Below are positions 50,437 to 61,200 of a stretch of 64,000 nt of DNA, piece by piece (position 1 is the first letter of the stretch; the number at the start of each line of letters is the position of its first letter). The notes beneath the pieces were generated by a model. It was given only the letters and a program-made list of their open reading frames with translations, had not been told where the DNA came from and searched no databases. A program made the position numbers and the translations under genes. Source of the stretch: Verrucomicrobiia bacterium (GTDB taxonomy: Bacteria > Verrucomicrobiota > Verrucomicrobiia > Limisphaerales > CAIMTB01). The DNA lies in NCBI GenBank assembly GCA_019634625.1, contig JAHCBA010000028.1, positions 3,283 through 67,282 of the forward strand, given 5' to 3'.

Positions 50437-52561
50437 AAAAACCCAGGCTCCTTCCCTGCGGGAGCAGGCCGAGGCGCGACTGACACCCACGAAGCCCTCC
50501 GTCAACAGGGAGGACGTTTCCGCCATTCTCCACGAACTGCGCGTGCACCAGACGGAGCTGGAAATGCAGAACCAGGAACTGCGTCGCGCCCAGCAGGACC
50601 TCGAAGCCAGCCGCAACCAGTACTTCACCCTCTTCGACCTCGCCCCGCTCCCCTACCTCGTCCTCGATCCCAAACATCAACTGCTCGACCTCAACCTCGC
50701 CGCCGCCGAACTGGTGGGCGTGCCCCGCAACCGCCTCAAAGGCCGGCCGTTCTTTCCCTGCGTCGCCGACTCCCACCGCGAGGCCTTTCACCAGCACCTG
50801 AACCAGGTCTTCGGTGACGCCCGCCCCACGGTCGGCGAGTGCCGCCTCCAGCGTCCCGATGGCGAGTTGCGCTGGGTCCGGCTCCATTCCCAGCCGATGC
50901 ACGCCCAACCCTCGGCCACCCCGCTCTGCCTCACCTCCGCAGTCGATTTCACCCAACAGCGCGACGCCGAGGAGGCCCTGCGCCGCAGTGAGGTGGAACT
51001 GGAGGCCATCTACGACAACGCACCGATCATGATGTGCCTGGTCAATGAACATCGGCAGATCGAACGGATGAATCGCGCCATGGCCGCCCTGATCGGTCGC
51101 GCCAACTCCGACCCGGGCACCCGCAACGTCCATTCCTCCATCGCAGCTCACCTCGGCTGCTACAACGCCCTCCGCCGGGAGGAGGGCTGCGGCGCAGGCC
51201 CCCAGTGCGAACGCTGCCCCCTCCGCGAGGCCCTCATCGACACCTGCTCCACCGGCCGTCCCTGCCGCCAGATCGAAGGCCCGCTCTGGTACCGCCGTGA
51301 CGGCGTCTGGTCCTCCATCGACGTGGCCGCTTCAACCACCCTCATCCCGCTCGAAGGAAAGTCCCACGTCCTCGTCTGCCTCGAGGACATCACCGGCCGC
51401 AGACAACTCCAGGCGCAGTTGCTCCAGGCCCAGAAAATGGAGGCCATCGGTCAGTTGGCCGGCGGAGTCGCCCATGACTTCAACAACATCCTCGCGGCCA
51501 CCATGATGAACCTCTCCATGCTCCGCTCCGCCGCCACCGTCCCCTCCGCCGCCCAACCCTTCCTCAGGGAACTCGAACGCGGCGCCGAACGGGCCGCCAG
51601 CCTCACCCGCCAACTCCTGCTCTTCGGTCGGCGTCAGCACATGCAGACCAGACCCCTCGACCTCAACAAGGTCGTCGCCAGCATGCTCGACCTGCTCCGC
51701 CGCGTGCTCGGCGAACATATCCAAATCCACTGGACCCCGGCTGACGTTCCGGTGTGGGTCGAGGGCGACTCCGGAATGCTCGAGCAGATCGTCATGAACC
51801 TCTGCGTCAATGCCCGCGATGCCATGCCCGCCGGCGGCGGAATCACCCTCCTGGCCGATCGCATCCCGCTGACCCACCAGCAGACCGGTTCCCATGAGGA
51901 CGCCCGCCCCGGTTCCTTCATCCGCCTGACCGTCTCCGATGCCGGCACCGGCATGGACGCCGCCACCCTCAGGCGGATCTTTGAACCCTTCTTCACCACC
52001 AAGGAACCCGGCAAGGGCACCGGCCTCGGACTCGCCACCGTCTATGGCATCGTCAAACAACACCACGGATGGATCGAGGTCCAAAGCCAGCCCGGAGACG
52101 GCACCACCTTCCGCGTCTTCCTGCCGGAGATCTCCGCCCCCCGCGAAACCCCCGCCCCCGAACCTGCCGGAGTCGTCCGCGGCCGCGGCGAACGCATCCT
52201 CCTGGTCGAGGATGACGAGGCCCTTCGCTCCCTCCTCGCAATGACCCTGCGCCGATACGGTTACCGCGTCGTGGAGGCCGACGACGGTCCCGATGCCGTC
52301 CGACATTGGGATCTCCACGCCGGCGCCTTCGACCTGGTCTTCACCGACATGGTCATGCCCGGCGGCATGACCGGACTCGACATCGTCAAGGAACTGCGCC
52401 AGCTCAAACCCCGGCTCCGCTGCGTCATCTCCAGCGGCTACAGCCTCGACCTGGTTCACCCGGACGGCATCGGCAACCCGGGCATGCGGTTCCTCCCGAA
52501 ACCCTATCAGCCCTCCGCCCTGGTCACCCTCATCCGCGAGTGCCTTGATCAGCCCCATTGA
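50411..52561 (+). CDS. PAS-domain hybrid sensor histidine kinase / response regulator
   Basis: [20 protein letters not shown] lead-in, PAS regions, the H-box [20 protein letters not shown], HATPase N/G boxes ([29 protein letters not shown]), and a receiver ([11 protein letters not shown]...[15 protein letters not shown]...K). It overlaps the upstream gene by 26 nt. Confidence 0.9.
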   Translation: MPSPRKRPEKTQAPSLREQAEARLTPTKPSVNREDVSAILHELRVHQTELEMQNQELRRAQQDLEASRNQYFTLFDLAPLPYLVLDPKHQLLDLNLAAAELVGVPRNRLKGRPFFPCVADSHREAFHQHLNQVFGDARPTVGECRLQRPDGELRWVRLHSQPMHAQPSATPLCLTSAVDFTQQRDAEEALRRSEVELEAIYDNAPIMMCLVNEHRQIERMNRAMAALIGRANSDPGTRNVHSSIAAHLGCYNALRREEGCGAGPQCERCPLREALIDTCSTGRPCRQIEGPLWYRRDGVWSSIDVAASTTLIPLEGKSHVLVCLEDITGRRQLQAQLLQAQKMEAIGQLAGGVAHDFNNILAATMMNLSMLRSAATVPSAAQPFLRELERGAERAASLTRQLLLFGRRQHMQTRPLDLNKVVASMLDLLRRVLGEHIQIHWTPADVPVWVEGDSGMLEQIVMNLCVNARDAMPAGGGITLLADRIPLTHQQTGSHEDARPGSFIRLTVSDAGTGMDAATLRRIFEPFFTTKEPGKGTGLGLATVYGIVKQHHGWIEVQSQPGDGTTFRVFLPEISAPRETPAPEPAGVVRGRGERILLVEDDEALRSLLAMTLRRYGYRVVEADDGPDAVRHWDLHAGAFDLVFTDMVMPGGMTGLDIVKELRQLKPRLRCVISSGYSLDLVHPDGIGNPGMRFLPKPYQPSALVTLIRECLDQPH

Positions 52562-52597
52562 GCCGGGCACAGTGGCCCCCGCCACGCCCCCGCCTCC

Positions 52598-53884
52598 ATG
52601 AATGCCTTCGCCCCCCTGATTGCCGCCGTCCTGTTCGCCGCCTTCACCACCCACTCCCACGCCGATCAGGCCGGACGCCAGTATCCCGAAAACGAACTCC
52701 ATGCCCGCCCCGCCGTCCGCGTCACCGTCGGCCATCGCAATGCCGATATCGTCGGCCACGACAACCGGGCCCTTCAGGCCGCCGTCGATTACGTCGGCAA
52801 CCTCGGCGGCGGCCTCGTCGAAATCGGTCCCGGTGAGTTCCTCATGCGCGATTCCCTCCACCTGCGCAGCCGCGTCACCGTGCGCGGCGCCGGCGAACTC
52901 ACCATCCTCAGGAAAGACCGCGAATACCGCTCCCCCCTCGCCGCCGACTCCGACTTCGGCGAGGCCGCCATCACCCTGACCCATACCAACGGCTTCGCCA
53001 TCGGTCGCGGCGTCTATGTCGCCTCCAAGTCCCAACGCTATTTCCACGGCGTCTGTGCCACCCTCCTCAATGCCCACGGCAACTACTTCACTCTCACCCG
53101 GCCCATGAACGCCGACATCATGGTCCACGATGATGCCTTCGCCGCCACCGTCTTCCCCGTCATCAGCGGCTACCATATCCAGGACGCGCGCGTCGAACTC
53201 CTCACCGTCGATGGCAACCGCACCGAAAATCCCACCCTCGTCGATGGCTGCCGCGCCGCCGGCATCTTCCTCTACCGCGGCGACCATTGCGTCATCAGCC
53301 AGTGCGTCGTGCGGGATTACAACGGCGACGGCATCAGCTTCCAGCAGTCCAACGACGTCACCGTCGATCGCTGTGTCATCGAACGCTGCGCCGGACTCGG
53401 CCTCCACCCCGGCAGCGGCTCCCAGCGGCCCTCCGTCACCCACTGCCGTGCCGTGGACAACGGCGACGACGGTCTCTTCTTCTGCTGGCGTGTCCGCGGA
53501 GGTGTCGCCGAGGGTAACTGGCTCGAAAACAACCGCGGCTACGGAATCTCCATCGGTCACAAGGACACCGACAACCTCGTCCGCGGAAACACCATCCTCG
53601 GCAATCACCGCGGCGGCGTCTATTGGCGCGCCGAAACCGAACCCATGGCCGCCCACCGGATCACCTTCGAGGAAAACCTCGTCCGCGATAACGAAGGCTG
53701 GGGACTCTTCATCGATGGCGTCACCCACGACACCGTCATCCGCCGCAATACCATCGAGGACTCCGGCAGCGGTCGCCAGAAAATCGGCATCCGCATCGGC
53801 AGAAACGCCGGGCGCGTCACCCTCGAGGGCAATACCATCCGCGCCGCCACCGTGCTCCAGGACGACCGCCCCACCCAACCGTAG
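52598..53884 (+). CDS. Secreted right-handed parallel beta-helix repeat protein
   Basis: Signal peptide MNAFAPLIAAVLFAAFTTHSHA, a pectate-lyase-like start (NRALQAAVDYVGNLGGGLVEIGPGEF), then repeated ...N.I..N.G.GI... coils. Confidence 0.75.
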   Translation: MNAFAPLIAAVLFAAFTTHSHADQAGRQYPENELHARPAVRVTVGHRNADIVGHDNRALQAAVDYVGNLGGGLVEIGPGEFLMRDSLHLRSRVTVRGAGELTILRKDREYRSPLAADSDFGEAAITLTHTNGFAIGRGVYVASKSQRYFHGVCATLLNAHGNYFTLTRPMNADIMVHDDAFAATVFPVISGYHIQDARVELLTVDGNRTENPTLVDGCRAAGIFLYRGDHCVISQCVVRDYNGDGISFQQSNDVTVDRCVIERCAGLGLHPGSGSQRPSVTHCRAVDNGDDGLFFCWRVRGGVAEGNWLENNRGYGISIGHKDTDNLVRGNTILGNHRGGVYWRAETEPMAAHRITFEENLVRDNEGWGLFIDGVTHDTVIRRNTIEDSGSGRQKIGIRIGRNAGRVTLEGNTIRAATVLQDDRPTQP

Positions 53885-54042
53885 TCCCCGGAAACGCCGC
53901 CGGCATCTCCCGCCCTTCGCCCGCACCCCGGCCCCGCCCCTTGCAGACCGGTCGCCAAGGACCGGCGATCCTCGCACCCAACCCAGGGCATTTCGCCACA
54001 GGCCGATGGACGGACCCTTGCCGGACTTTAGGCTTCCAACTC

Positions 54043-56001
54043 ATGGAAGACACCGGCCGCCGCCTGTCAGGGCCCCACGGGCATTCTGCGATCCGGACGC
54101 CCCGGCGTGAGATTCGCCCGCGCTCCCGACACCTCCTCGCCGCCGCGCTCGCCGCCGCCTCCCTGATCGTCCTGCCGCCCGGTTCCGCCACCCCTTCCCC
54201 CTCGCCCGACTGGCTCTCCCCATCGTCCCTCGCCGTGACCGCCGACGGACGGACCCTCTACGTCGGCTGCGCCACCGCCGCCAGCGTCGCCTTCTTCCAA
54301 ACCGGCTCCCGCTCCGTCTCCCAATCCGTCTCCGTCCCCGGCGCACCCCTCGGACTCGTCCTCTCCCCGGACCAGCAGACACTCTACGTCGCCGCCGCCG
54401 CCCCACAGAGCGTCCTCGTCCTCATCGACACCCGCCGCGCCGAAATCACCGCCCGCATCCCCGTCGGCCACACCGCCATGTCCCCGGTGCTCAGCCCCGA
54501 CGGTCGCACGCTCTACCTCTGCCATCGCTTCAACGACGAAATCGCCTTCGTCGATCTTCCCACCCAGTCGATCTCCCGCCGGGTCCAGGTCCCCCGGGAA
54601 CCGGTCTCCGCCGCACTCACCCCGGACGGACGTCTCCTCTTCGTCGCCAATCACCTCCCCGCCGGTCCCGCCGATGCCGATGTCGTCGCCGCCAGCCTCT
54701 CGGTCATCGATACCGCCCTCGGCCGCGTCATTCGCGACCTCCGCCTCCCCAACGGCAGCGGTCTGGTCCGCGACGTCCGCGTCTCACCCGATGGCCGCCA
54801 TGTCGTCGTGGTCCATCAGATCTCCCGCTTCCACCTGCCCACCACCCAGGTCGAACGCGGCTGGATCAACACCAGCGCCGCCACCCTCGTCGATGTCGCC
54901 TCCCTTCAGCCGGTCAACTCCTTCCTGCTCGACAATATCGACGCCGGCGCCGCCAACCCATGGGCCCTCGCCTGGTCGGCCGACGGACGTTCCCTCGCCA
55001 TCACCCACGCCGGAACCCACGAACTCAGCGTCCTCGATGTTCCCTCCCTCCTCGCCCGCCTTCATTCCCTGCCCCCCGCTCCCGATCCCTCCCGCAACCC
55101 GGACCCCGCCCGCGCCTCCCGGTCCGCCGCCGATGTCCCCAACGACCTCTCCTTCCTCGTCGGCCTCCGCCAACGTCTCCGGCTCGATCCCGCCCATCAG
55201 GGCGCTCGCGCCCTCGTCCTCCACGGTTCCCGCGCCTGGATCGCCAACTACTTCGCCGATTCCCTTACCACCCTCGACCTGGCCCGCCCCAGCGCCCCGC
55301 CCGAAACAATCCCCCTCGCCCAATCGCCCCCTCCCGACCCGGTCCGCCTCGGCGAACAACTCTTCAACGACGCCACCCTCTGCTTCCAAGGCTGGCAAAG
55401 CTGCACCAGTTGCCATTCCTCCGACGCCCGCGTGGACGGCTTCAACTGGGATCTCCTCAACGACGGCATCGGAAATCCCAAGAACTCCAAGAGCCTCCTC
55501 CTCTCCCACGCCACCCCCCCGGCCATGGCCCTCGGCGTCCGCGCCGATGCCTACGTCGCCGTCCGCGCCGGCATCCGCTTCAGCTTCTTCCTCACCCACC
55601 CCCCCCAGGTCGCCGAGGCCATCGACGCCTACCTCAAATCCCTCCAGCCTGTTCCCAGTCCCGCCCTCCTCGACGGCCAGCTCTCCCCCGCCGCCCAACG
55701 CGGTCGCGCCGTGTTCCTGAATCCCGACGTCGGCTGCGCCCACTGCCATCGGGGCCCCTACTACACCGACCTCCAGTTCCACGACGTCGGAACGGCAGGC
55801 CCGCGCGATCTCCCCGCCACCCGGTTCGACACCCCCACCCTCATCGAGATCTGGCGCACCGCCCCCTACCTCCATGACGGCCGCTCCGCCTCCCTCAAGG
55901 ATATGCTGACCCTCCACAACCCCGGCGATCGTCACGGCGTCACGTCCCACCTCACCCCCGACCAAATCGACGATCTCGTCGAGTTCCTTCGCTCGCTCTG
56001 A
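54043..56001 (+). CDS. YVTN-type beta-propeller fused to a di-heme cytochrome c peroxidase (CCP/MauG)-like domain
   Basis: Repeated SPDG(R/Q)TLY(V/L) blades. The C-terminus has CTSCH and CAHCH heme motifs, with FDTPTLIEIWRTAPYLHDG typical of the CCP family. The start is taken at ATG 54043, inside ORF 53941..56001. Confidence 0.8.
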   Translation: MEDTGRRLSGPHGHSAIRTPRREIRPRSRHLLAAALAAASLIVLPPGSATPSPSPDWLSPSSLAVTADGRTLYVGCATAASVAFFQTGSRSVSQSVSVPGAPLGLVLSPDQQTLYVAAAAPQSVLVLIDTRRAEITARIPVGHTAMSPVLSPDGRTLYLCHRFNDEIAFVDLPTQSISRRVQVPREPVSAALTPDGRLLFVANHLPAGPADADVVAASLSVIDTALGRVIRDLRLPNGSGLVRDVRVSPDGRHVVVVHQISRFHLPTTQVERGWINTSAATLVDVASLQPVNSFLLDNIDAGAANPWALAWSADGRSLAITHAGTHELSVLDVPSLLARLHSLPPAPDPSRNPDPARASRSAADVPNDLSFLVGLRQRLRLDPAHQGARALVLHGSRAWIANYFADSLTTLDLARPSAPPETIPLAQSPPPDPVRLGEQLFNDATLCFQGWQSCTSCHSSDARVDGFNWDLLNDGIGNPKNSKSLLLSHATPPAMALGVRADAYVAVRAGIRFSFFLTHPPQVAEAIDAYLKSLQPVPSPALLDGQLSPAAQRGRAVFLNPDVGCAHCHRGPYYTDLQFHDVGTAGPRDLPATRFDTPTLIEIWRTAPYLHDGRSASLKDMLTLHNPGDRHGVTSHLTPDQIDDLVEFLRSL

Positions 56002-56029
56002 ACCCATCCCACTCCACCCCGCCCGCCCC

Positions 56030-57205
56030 ATGACCTCCCTCGCCCCCGGCACACGTCCCCCCACCCCCCTCCATCGCACCGAATCGCCCGGACTCCGCCA
56101 CGTCGTGGTCCATCGCGAATCCCTCATCGAACATCACCTGACTTTCTGCCCCCTCCCCCAGGAGTCCCCGGAGGCCCTCGCCCGGCGGGTGACCCGCTGG
56201 CTCCACGACCTCGACGCCATCCCCGTCCGCCTCCAGGCCTTCGGTCCCCTTCGTGCCTTCCCTGGATTCCAGTCCAATCTCCCGCCTCTCTCCCCCAACT
56301 GGCCTGCCCCACTGACCTGGCTCGAAGGATTCCCCTGCCCGCCCCACCCCCAGGCCGGCCTCGCCGGCCTCCATGCCATGGCTGTCTCGGACACCGCCGT
56401 CTCGCCCGTCCTCGCCGCCGGAAACATCCTGGGCGCCTCCTTCTCCGACGGACACCTCGATCACGTCCTCCTCGGCAATGTGATCCCCCCCGATCCCGCC
56501 GCCCCCACCGCCACCCAGGCCCGCCACACCTTCGAACGCCTCCAGGCCGCCCTCCAGACCGCCGGCCTCAACTTCACCCAGGTGGCCCGTACCTGGCTCT
56601 TCCTCGACGATATCCTCGCCTGGTACCCGTCCTTCAACCGCGTCCGCCGCGACTTCTTCCAGCAATGCCGCGTCGGCCCCCCCCTCGTCCCCGCCAGCAC
56701 CGGCATCGGCGCCCGTAATCCCGCCGGCGCCCCGCTCGTCGCCGAAGCCTGGGCCGCCCAACCCCTCCACCCCAACGCCCGCATCGCCGAAATCCCCTCC
56801 CCCCTCCAGTGCCCCGCCCCCGCCTACGGCAGCAGCTTCAGCCGCGCCGTCGAAATGCTCACCCCCGATCTCCGCCGCATCCTCGTCTCCGGCACCGCCA
56901 GCATCGATGCCAGGGGAGCCAGCCTCGGCCTCGACGATGTCCGTGCCCAGGTCCAACACACCCTCCATGTCCTCCAGACCCTCCTCGCCTCCCGCGGCCT
57001 CGACTTCTCCGACGTCTCCCGCGCCACCGCCTACCTCCGCCACGCCGCCGATGCCCCCGCCGTCCATCAGGCGCTCGCCCGCGCCGGCCTCGCCCTCGCC
57101 CCGCTCGTCATGACCCAGGCCGTGGTCTGCCGGGATGAACTCCGCTTCGAACTCGAACTCGATGCCCTCGCCCCCACTCCCGGTTCCCTCAATCCCCTCC
57201 CATGA
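56030..57205 (+). CDS. Tandem RidA/YjgF-like domain protein (FkbO/Hyg5-chorismatase-like architecture)
   Basis: Two RidA-like modules: FERLQAALQTAGLNFTQVARTWLFLDDILAWYPSFNRVRRDFF...PASTGIG, and VQHTLHVLQTLLASRGLDFSDVSRATAYL...RDELRFELELDA. The chorismatase assignment is tentative. Confidence 0.55.
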   Translation: MTSLAPGTRPPTPLHRTESPGLRHVVVHRESLIEHHLTFCPLPQESPEALARRVTRWLHDLDAIPVRLQAFGPLRAFPGFQSNLPPLSPNWPAPLTWLEGFPCPPHPQAGLAGLHAMAVSDTAVSPVLAAGNILGASFSDGHLDHVLLGNVIPPDPAAPTATQARHTFERLQAALQTAGLNFTQVARTWLFLDDILAWYPSFNRVRRDFFQQCRVGPPLVPASTGIGARNPAGAPLVAEAWAAQPLHPNARIAEIPSPLQCPAPAYGSSFSRAVEMLTPDLRRILVSGTASIDARGASLGLDDVRAQVQHTLHVLQTLLASRGLDFSDVSRATAYLRHAADAPAVHQALARAGLALAPLVMTQAVVCRDELRFELELDALAPTPGSLNPLP

Positions 57206-58218
57206 ACACCCGCCCCCTCGGACCTTCCCCCCTCCACGCCTCCGTCATCGGCCTCGGCACCTGGGTCACCGGCGGCGGCATACCCTGGGGACCCAACCCG
57301 GACGACGCCGAATCCATCCGCACCATCCACGCCGCCCTCGACGCCGGCATCAACCTCATCGATACCGCCCCCGCCTACGGCTGGGGCCGCTCCGAACAGA
57401 TCGTCGGCCAGGCCATCCGCGGCCGACGCAACCAGGTCATCCTCGCCACCAAGTGCGGCCTGTGGACCGATGATGACCGCGGTTCCTTCTTCACCGAACT
57501 CGACGGCCGCGTCGTCCGCCGATCCCTCCGCCCCGACACCATCCGCCTCGAAGTCGAACGAAGCCTCCAACGCCTCGGTGTCGATTGCATCGATCTCTAC
57601 CAAACCCACTGGCCTTCCGTTCCCCCCGACGCCACCCCCGTCGCCGATACCATCGCCTGCCTCCTCGAACTTCGCGATGCCGGCAAGATCCGTGCCCTCG
57701 GCGTCTGCAATGTCTCCCCCCCCGAACTCATCGAAAACCTGCGCCACGCCGGACCCGCCCTCGTCTCCCATCAGTTGCGCTACTCCATGCTCGCCCGCGA
57801 TGCCGAGTCCGAATCCCTCCCCCTCGCCGCCCAACACGGCCTCGCCACCCTCACCTACATGTCCCTCGAACAGGGCCTCCTCACCGGCAAGGTCTCCATG
57901 GACCGCGTCTTCCGCCCCGATGAGTTCCGCAGCAACGCATCCTGGAACCCCTGGTTCCTGCCCGCCAACCGCCAACGCATCCTCAATCTCCTCGCCCGCT
58001 GGTCCGATCTCGCCGAACGCTGCCACGCCACCCTCGCCCAGCTCGTCCTCGCCTGGACCCTCGCCCAACCCGGCGTCACCCACGTCCTCGTCGGTGCCCG
58101 CACCACCGCCCAGCTCCTCGACAACGCCGCTGCCGGCTCCCTCACCCTCGATCCCGCCGACCTCCAACGCATGCGCCAGGACGTCCTCAACCTCGGTGAC
58201 CCATCCCCCAGCCCATGA
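57202..58218 (+). CDS. Aldo/keto reductase
   Basis: LGTW, FDTAPAYG-like IDTAPAYGWGRSEQIVGQAI, ILATKCG, DLYQTHWP and LGVCNV. The ATGA overlap with the upstream gene is at 57202-57205. Confidence 0.9.
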   Translation: MNTRPLGPSPLHASVIGLGTWVTGGGIPWGPNPDDAESIRTIHAALDAGINLIDTAPAYGWGRSEQIVGQAIRGRRNQVILATKCGLWTDDDRGSFFTELDGRVVRRSLRPDTIRLEVERSLQRLGVDCIDLYQTHWPSVPPDATPVADTIACLLELRDAGKIRALGVCNVSPPELIENLRHAGPALVSHQLRYSMLARDAESESLPLAAQHGLATLTYMSLEQGLLTGKVSMDRVFRPDEFRSNASWNPWFLPANRQRILNLLARWSDLAERCHATLAQLVLAWTLAQPGVTHVLVGARTTAQLLDNAAAGSLTLDPADLQRMRQDVLNLGDPSPSP

Positions 58219-61200
58219 AGACACCGCCCCCCGCCAGGTTCCCGCCCGCCCTCGCCGGCACCCTGATTCTCCTCCTCCTCCTCTTCACCCCCTCCCTCCT
58301 CCCGGCCACCCCCCAACCCGCGCCCCCCAGCCCCCAGCCCACCACCATCCAGCCCGCCAATCTGCGCCTCGCCATCGAGGACCTCATCCGTACCTTCGGC
58401 CCCGCCTACCCGGGCGGCCCCGCCCACCTCCAACGCCTCGGCCAGCTCGAGATCGCCCTCGCCGGTGGCACCCCCCAGGCCACCCTCCAACCCGCGCTGC
58501 AAACCCTCGCCCGCCTCGCCCTCCTCGAGAATCCCCTCCTCGACTTCGATCGGATCCTCGTCCTCCACCGAATCCCCCGTGCCAACCCACGCCAGGCCGA
58601 AGGCGGCAACCTCGGCGTCGGTACCTCCAACTGGTCCACCTCCGATACCCTCCCCCGCCACGGCGAATTCCGCGATACCCTCGCCCTCCTCGCCGACTTC
58701 CGTACCCGGCCCCGCCTCATCCCCCTCTTCCAACCCGACAACGGCGACACCCTCATCGACCCCGTTCTCCATTTCGACGCCAACCGCCTCCTCTTCGCCC
58801 GCAACGGTCAGCGCCAGAACAACTGGCGCCTCTGGGAACTGCGCCTCGGCGATTCCACCCCCGCCCAGATCTCCCCGGACCACGGCGAAGACGTCGCCCA
58901 CTTCGATGCCTGCTACCTCCCCGACGACCGCATCATCCTCGCCTCCACCGCATCCTATCAGGGCCTCCCCTGCCTCTTCGGCTCCGACGCCATGACCTGC
59001 CTCTTCCTCTTCGATCCCAGCTCCGGCTCCATGCGCCAGCTCACCTTCGAGCAGGACAGCAACTGGTCCCCCACCCTCCTCCCCAACGGTCGCGTCCTCT
59101 ACCAGCGCTGGGAATACACCGATCAGTCCCATGCCAATTCCCGCCTCCTCTTCCACATGAACCCCGATGGCACCGACCAGCGCGAGTTCCGCGGCCGCGG
59201 TTCCTGGTTCCCAGGCTCCTTCTTCTACGCCAAACCCGTCCCCGGCTCCGTCACCCAGGTCGTCGGCATCGCCGGAGGTCATCACGATGTCCCCCGCGCC
59301 GGACGCCTCCTCCTCCTCGATGTCTCCGTCGGCCGCCGTGACGCCCTCGGCGTCCTCCATGAATTCCCGCGCCGCGGTCAGCCCGTCGATCCCGTCGTTC
59401 GTGATGCCCTCATCCGCGAAACCTTCCCCTTCCCCCAGTTCCTCATGCCCGCCCCCCTCCACCCCCGCTACCACCTCGTCGCCGCCAAACCCCGCCCGGA
59501 TGCCCTCTGGGGACTCTACCTCGTCGATGCCTTCGACAACCTCGTCCTGATCCACGAGGAGGAAGGCGCCGCCCTCCTCTGGCCCTCCCCCTTCAAACCC
59601 CAGCCCCGACCCCAGGTCCTCGAAGACCGCATCAACCCCCACACCGACCAGGCCACCGCCTTCGTCGCCGATGTCCATGCCGGCACCGGCCTCGACGGCG
59701 TCCCCCGTGGCACCGTTCACCACCTCCGGGTCGTGGAATACTACTTCAGCCGCCGCGGCGTCGGCGGCCTCTACGGTTCCCTCGGAGCCGACGGCCCCTG
59801 GGACATCAAACGCATCCTCGGTACCGTCCCCGTCCACCCCGACGGCTCCGCCTGGTTCACCCTCCCCGCCAATACCCCCGTCTGCCTCCAACCCCTCGAC
59901 GCCGACGGTCAGGCCCTCCAGCTCGAACGTTCCTGGTTCGTCGCCATGCCCGGCGAACGCGTCTCCTGCATCGGCTGCCACGAGGATTCCCAGTCCGTCG
60001 CCCTCAGCCGCCCCACCCTCGCCCTCCTTCATCCCCCAGCCCCCATCCAGCCCTGGTTCGGTCCACCCCGCGGCTTCGCCTTCGAACGCGAAGTCCAACC
60101 CGTCCTCGACCGTCACTGCGTCTCCTGTCACGACGGTCGCCCCGCCCCCAACCCCCTCGCCCCAGGCCAGGAATTCCCCGACCTCCGCGGCGGACGTCCC
60201 CTCTCCGACTGGTCCTCCCAGATGCCCGGCCATTGGCCCGGCGGCGGTCAGTTCTCCACCAGCTACTGGGAACTCCATCGATTCCTTCGCCGACCCGGCA
60301 TCGAAGGCGACCGACGCATGTTCACCCCCCTCGATTACCACTTCTCCACCACCGAACTCGGTCAGCTCCTCCGTAAAGGACACCACGGCGTCCACCTCGA
60401 ACCCGAGGCCCGCCAGCGCCTCGCCGCCTGGCATGACCTCAATGCCCCGTTCTTCGGCACCTGGGGCGAAATCCCCGAGTTCACCACCGGCTACGGTCCC
60501 CTCCGCCACGACCAGATCGCCGCCGCCAACCGCCGCGCCCTCGAACTCCGCCGCCAGTTCGTCCCCATGGGTCCCTTCCCCGATTACGAACACATCCCCG
60601 ACACCCCGCCCTACCCCGCCCAACCCGTCCCCCCCAATCCCGCACCCCCCTCTCCCCCCTGCGACCCCGCCCCCGAAGGCTGGCCGTTCCCCCCCGACAC
60701 CGCCCTCGCCCGCCAGCACGAACACCTGACCCGCTCCCGCACCCTGTCCCTCGCCCCGGATGTCACCCTCGAACTCGTCCGCATCCCCGGCGGTCGCTTC
60801 CTCATGGGTTCACCCGACGGGCACCCCGACGAACGCCCCCGTGCCGCCGTCGCCGTCCGCCCCTTCTGGATGGCCCGCTTCGAAACCAGCAACCGCCAGT
60901 TCCGTACCTTCCACCCCTCCCACGAAAGCCGTACCGAAGATCGCCACGGCTACCAGTTCGGCATCACCGGCCACGACCAGGATCACCCCGATCAACCCGC
61001 CGTCCGCGTCTCCTGGAACGATGCCCTCGCCTTCACCCAGTGGCTCTCCCATCGCACCGGCCTCCCCCTCCACCTCCCCACCGAAGCCCAGTGGGAATGG
61101 GCCGCCCGCGCCGGCTCGGATCAGCCCTTCTGGTTCGGACCGCTCCATGCCGACTTCTCCCCCCACGCCAACCTCGGCGATGCCATGCTCGCCCAGTTCG

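Noticed and set aside
46939-53977. Minus-strand ORFs 46939..49383 (814 aa) and 51332..53977 (881 aa)
   Set aside because: They are antisense to the CheB/CheR-PAS gene, the hybrid kinase and the beta-helix gene. They are G/D/E/A-rich low complexity without motifs.
57855-60725. 956-aa minus-strand ORF
   Set aside because: It is antisense to the aldo/keto reductase and the 1128-aa FGE-domain gene. The composition is G/E/A/D-rich and not protein-like.
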